Shown in pieces: positions 60,046-64,000 of a stretch of DNA of 64,000 bases. The translations under genes and the position numbers were made by a program. The notes under the pieces are model-generated. The model saw only the letters and a program-made list of their open reading frames with translations, was not told the origin of the DNA and ran no database searches. Origin of the DNA: Botryllus schlosseri (taxonomy: Eukaryota); the NCBI GenBank assembly GCA_051294905.1, contig CM119371.1, forward strand, positions 29,638,001 to 29,702,000. Reading direction: 5' to 3'. Numbering within the stretch: position 1 is the first letter of the stretch; the number at the start of each line of letters is the position of its first letter.

Positions 60046-61394
60046 GCCTATAGCGTCTTAGAGAAGATGGTTAGGGTATGTATCAGCATCTTTGAGCGAT
60101 CGCGTTAGTTATCTGGTTTCGTGTTTATATTTTGTTGATAAATTTGGACATATCAAATGACTACAAAATAGTATTCTTACTGCTATAATCTCGACAATGC
60201 TTTTCCTCTCGAACACCGTCGCAGCCTGCACTGAAAAACAAAGTTTTACTTTCATTTTAATATGTCCAGAATATTACTTTGAAATTGCTCAAGTCAAATC
60301 TCGTAAGAGGTTATCGGAAAAATCAAATACGCTAGAGCCAGGGACTGCGTGACAAAATGGACCACAATGTCACCTGGACGATAATGTCACTAGCGCGATT
60401 TTGAGAGACAGAGGGCGATAAAACGAAGGGGTCAATTGGGACAGTCAAGAAAACGAATGAGGCGATAGGTCGGGGTAAAATGTTGGATCTTCCAGCGGTG
60501 AATTGTATCTGACTACTTCCTTGATTTCTCGACAAGTTCAATTGATGAATAGAAAATGTTGATTGAAATGCGGCCCTATGCTTGACTCATTCCAGCCCGC
60601 TAGAGCTGAAAAGGATGATACTGGCGACAACTGCTTGATATTGCAGCTATTGAACTATATATCACAGATGTGGGCAAACTGCGGCTCTTTGAGCCTTTCA
60701 TTGCGACTTTTTAATGACTGCACATGCGTTTCGCCATTTCGCTTCAGAGGTTTAACCAGATTATAAAATGATTCTTTCTATCCCGTATTATTTATTATGG
60801 TTTGTTTAAGTAACACTTTTAAAATTTAGAGGAGGAGGCACGACTTCTCAATTGATCTCCCGAATCCCGTTGAGATAAACGTTTCACCCGCTACAATGAT
60901 GCATGGTCAATGGTCATCAATCAATATTAAATCATTGTGTACAACAGTAAACGGGATAATCAATCACGGTAATGTAGATCACGGCCATTCCCGGGATAAC
61001 AATGATGAATGCTGCTCTTCCGTTTGTAATGTAAAGGCTGGCAATAACAGCATTTCGGCGAAGAAAATGTCGTTGTCGATAATTGCAAGTATAGAAAGTA
61101 TGAACAGGCAATATAACTTTTAAAGCAGAACGGGAGGAAGAGTTTATTTTCTATTTTAATACTTGAGGCAAGGCCATATCTTCAAGATTCGTTCAATAAT
61201 TACTAAGCTAGTAATTTGGAACGTCATTGCGAAACGAAACGTCAGTACGAAACCAACACACCAAAACCTCGCCACGTGTTACCCAATGGAGACAGATTTA
61301 CGGAGTAATAAGTTACCGAGCTGAAATCTTCCCGAAATTCTCATCGGCAATTAAAAGAACTGTTCAGTAGTACAAGAGAGCGGGAGAGGGTACG

Positions 61395-61470
61395 GGCCAA
61401 TCAACGTCGAGTATTTTGTTACGTGATATCTCTTAGCCAATCAGAATGCAAGACAATGTGGGCGTGGCTC
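61395..61470. promoter_or_regulatory. Candidate promoter-type motif cluster: two CCAAT boxes and a GC/KLF box
   Basis: GGCCAATCA (CCAAT 61397) and AGCCAATCAG (CCAAT 61437), 40 bp apart; GGGCGTGGC at 61460; motif evidence only. Confidence 0.35.
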
Positions 61471-61553
61471 CCATACGAGAGAGGTTTTGGTTGCGTGAGA
61501 GATTGCCTAGTTCCAGCCTAGTAACGCTGAGAAATGTTTACGTAATTATGAGC

Positions 61554-61988
61554 CAATAATGATTACGTCATTATGATTGCGTAGTTGATTGCCTTACAAC
61601 GACTTTGCATGATGCATTGTCCAATACGTCATTATGATTGCGTAGTTGCCTTTATGATAGCGGCATGAGATATTGCCCAAATAACGTAATCATATCTTAG
61701 CTGGGCCGCTCTCTGCTAAGGCAACTACGCAAATGACGTAATCATTATTGTAAATTTACCGCCGCCACCGTCACGCTCGCTATTAATAAATTGTCGCGTC
61801 GCACCGCCCGGCCGCTCGCTATTACACATTTGTCGTGTCATTACCACCCGGTCGTTCGTAAACACTTTATTCTACATAATTTCAATGATTAATTAAAATA
61901 ATTTTAATAACTCTCACAAACTAATATTGCAGTTGAAGCATGTGCAATAATGATTACGTAATTATGATTGCGTAGTTGATTGCCTTAG
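61554..61988. repeat. Four copies (three direct, one inverted) of a ~33-43-bp TTACGTMA-containing unit plus a ~40-bp tandem repeat
   Basis: caataatgattacgtmattatgattgcgtagttgattgcctta at 61554, 61621 (partial), 61717 (inverted) and 61945; ccgctcgctatta..ttgtcg unit at ~61760-61860. Confidence 0.85.
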
Positions 61989-62758
61989 TTATTACGAGAT
62001 TGGTATTCAAATGCTCTCTCGAATTGAAAGACATAACGTACCAAGAGGAAAATAATATTGTGTGGACTAGAGCATAATGAAGACGCTCTCAGAAGATTTC
62101 AATATTGGTTTATTCGCAATCATATGCTCATGTATGCGAAACTGTTATTGCTTTTACATCGCAAATCAAAAAAGGGATTCTGATATCGAGACAGTGTACC
62201 AAGATCTCAAGGGAGCTCTACGCGTAGTTCTGAACGATTAGTAAATGTGCTTGTTCGTTTATTACTTCAAATAAACTGCACATGTGTATTTGATTGTGTA
62301 AAATGTGTTATAAAAGTCAGTCGACGGAAGTGAATAGACAAGTCTGAACCTGTCTATATTGCAGCATATTAGAGATAGATTGTGCAATAACCTCTAAATA
62401 CAATACGGAGAGTACTGGACTTGAACAAATCGTCGCTAAGGCTACACATGGGTTAAATTACACTCAAAAGCTACGCAAGTAGCACGCAATAGCTTAAGTA
62501 GTAGAATAACCACTTTTATGATCTTCCTTCACTATTATGCAACTAATGCAATCGCAACTAGTAGATGATTGCACAGTGCTGTATATAGCTATAATTCAAT
62601 TTTCCATGAAAAAACGCATATTACCGCCACAGCGCCGCTATTGATTATTGGGGATTTATTCTAATAATATCGAATATTTGCTTTGATATTCATAATATAT
62701 AAAGCTTACGTCGTTGAACAACCCTGATATGGTCATACCGCGAAAGTAATCCCTAAAT

Positions 62759-64000
62759 CAGTGGTTCTCAACCTTTTGGGCCCGCGGACTTTTCTCAAGC
62801 TCGCCAATATATCCGCGGACTCAAGCCAGTGTTGGGATCAAGTCACTACCTTCGAGTCACGAGTCATTTCGAGTCATTGCACATTTTGACTCGAGTCAAG
62901 TCAAGTCAATCGATTTTCAAAGGTGACTCGAGTCAAGTCAAGTCACTCGATTTTGGGAGGTGACTCGAGTCAAGTCGAGTCAAGTCAAGTCAAGTCACGA
63001 GTCAAGTCACAATTCAAGTCAAGTTGTCTTTTCGAAGTATGAGGCATGATAACGTCATTGCATTTTGCTAGCTGTCTGAAATACAGATTGAGTGGTCATT
63101 GATTTCGAACCGATGAACGAATTTAGAGTTAAATATACACGCAAGAAGACGTTGCATCGCTCACATATACGTAGAACTGCTAAATCTCAGTTTATTGTTA
63201 CCAGCCAAAAAAAGAATAGATACGAATTGAGAAGATGCAATACATTACGAATTTATAATTCGATATGATACAATTCGAGCCTGAGCCAATGGTTGAAGAC
63301 TATATAAACTGTATTCGAATTCAGTTTCAATAAAACAAGAGGTTTGGTTAAGGTAAAGACAGAGAACAGAAATTACTTTACTATATTAGTTTACGACAAC
63401 GTAAGCTGTAAGCTTCAATCACTTGGTTTGCGTTCAATTTATTGGTGAGGGAACAATGGAGGCTAAGTAATACGCACGATCGTTAAATGATTGGTCGTTC
63501 TCACGGGTTACACCAGCGTTTCGCTAACAATCCGAACATATTCAAGATACAATGATTTTAATCGACACCGATTACGTGATGACTTGAAATTGACTCGTGG
63601 ATTTTGCTTCGAGTCACGAGTCAATCCACATTTCTGCTACGCCGAGTCAAGTCAAGTCAAGTCATTTTAGTAAAGTGACTCGAGTCAAGTCAAGTCATAC
63701 CAAAAAGGTGACTCGAGTCTGACTCGAGTCAAGTCATGACTCGATTCATCCCAACACTGACTCAAGCTATATATTAACGAAAATTAGGTTTTTTGATTTC
63801 TATCCAAGAGAGTTTAATACGGTATCAAGAAAAAAATCAAGCACTGTTTTTCACTCAACACGCACTCAATTAGAGCCTTGTCCTTGAACTTGTTTGACAA
63901 GTTTATCGAATTCCGGAATTATGGTTGTTAATGTAGGCCTACATCTGATGTCATCTGCCGATTGAAGTCTATTGCGATACTTCTTTTGATCATCGTCAGG
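62759..64000 (-). mobile_element. Charlie/Buster element (same family as 52864-53316), runs off the window
   Basis: CAGTGGTTCTCAACC end; reverse-complement match to 53030-53316. Confidence 0.85.
62827..63759 (+). mobile_element. MITE family D copy nested in the Charlie element
   Basis: TIRs intact; perfect TSD ACTCAAGC. Confidence 0.93.

Noticed and set aside
60332..61130. Minus-strand open stretches with hydrophobic, signal-like sequence as possible first exons
   Set aside because: No suitable in-frame ATG or acceptor and donor combination could be supported.

Overview
AT-rich, intron-containing eukaryotic DNA, probably from a marine invertebrate. A tunicate origin is inferred from the receptor type and is not proven. 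One host gene is supported: a minus-strand class A GPCR of the LGR/RXFP/GRL101 clade. Ten exons (26262->844) splice in frame at GT-AG sites into a Cys-rich segment, one LDLa module and TM1-TM6, with no leucine-rich repeats. TM7 was not found in 1-843 and the 5' exons are not securely placed. Almost everything else is transposon DNA. Many hAT-type non-autonomous elements with 8-bp TSDs form nested stacks at 2631-10022, 16960-19351 and 26291-45049. The last stack contains a young Mag-like Ty3/gypsy LTR retrotransposon (LTRs 255/258 identical) that carries three DNA-transposon insertions. There are also decayed Buster/SPIN, Chapaev3-like, CACTA-like, piggyBac-like, Harbinger and Penelope remnants. 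A CCAAT/GC-box/bZIP-motif module lies at about 61.4-62.0 kb. All alignments were done by eye and no database searches were run.
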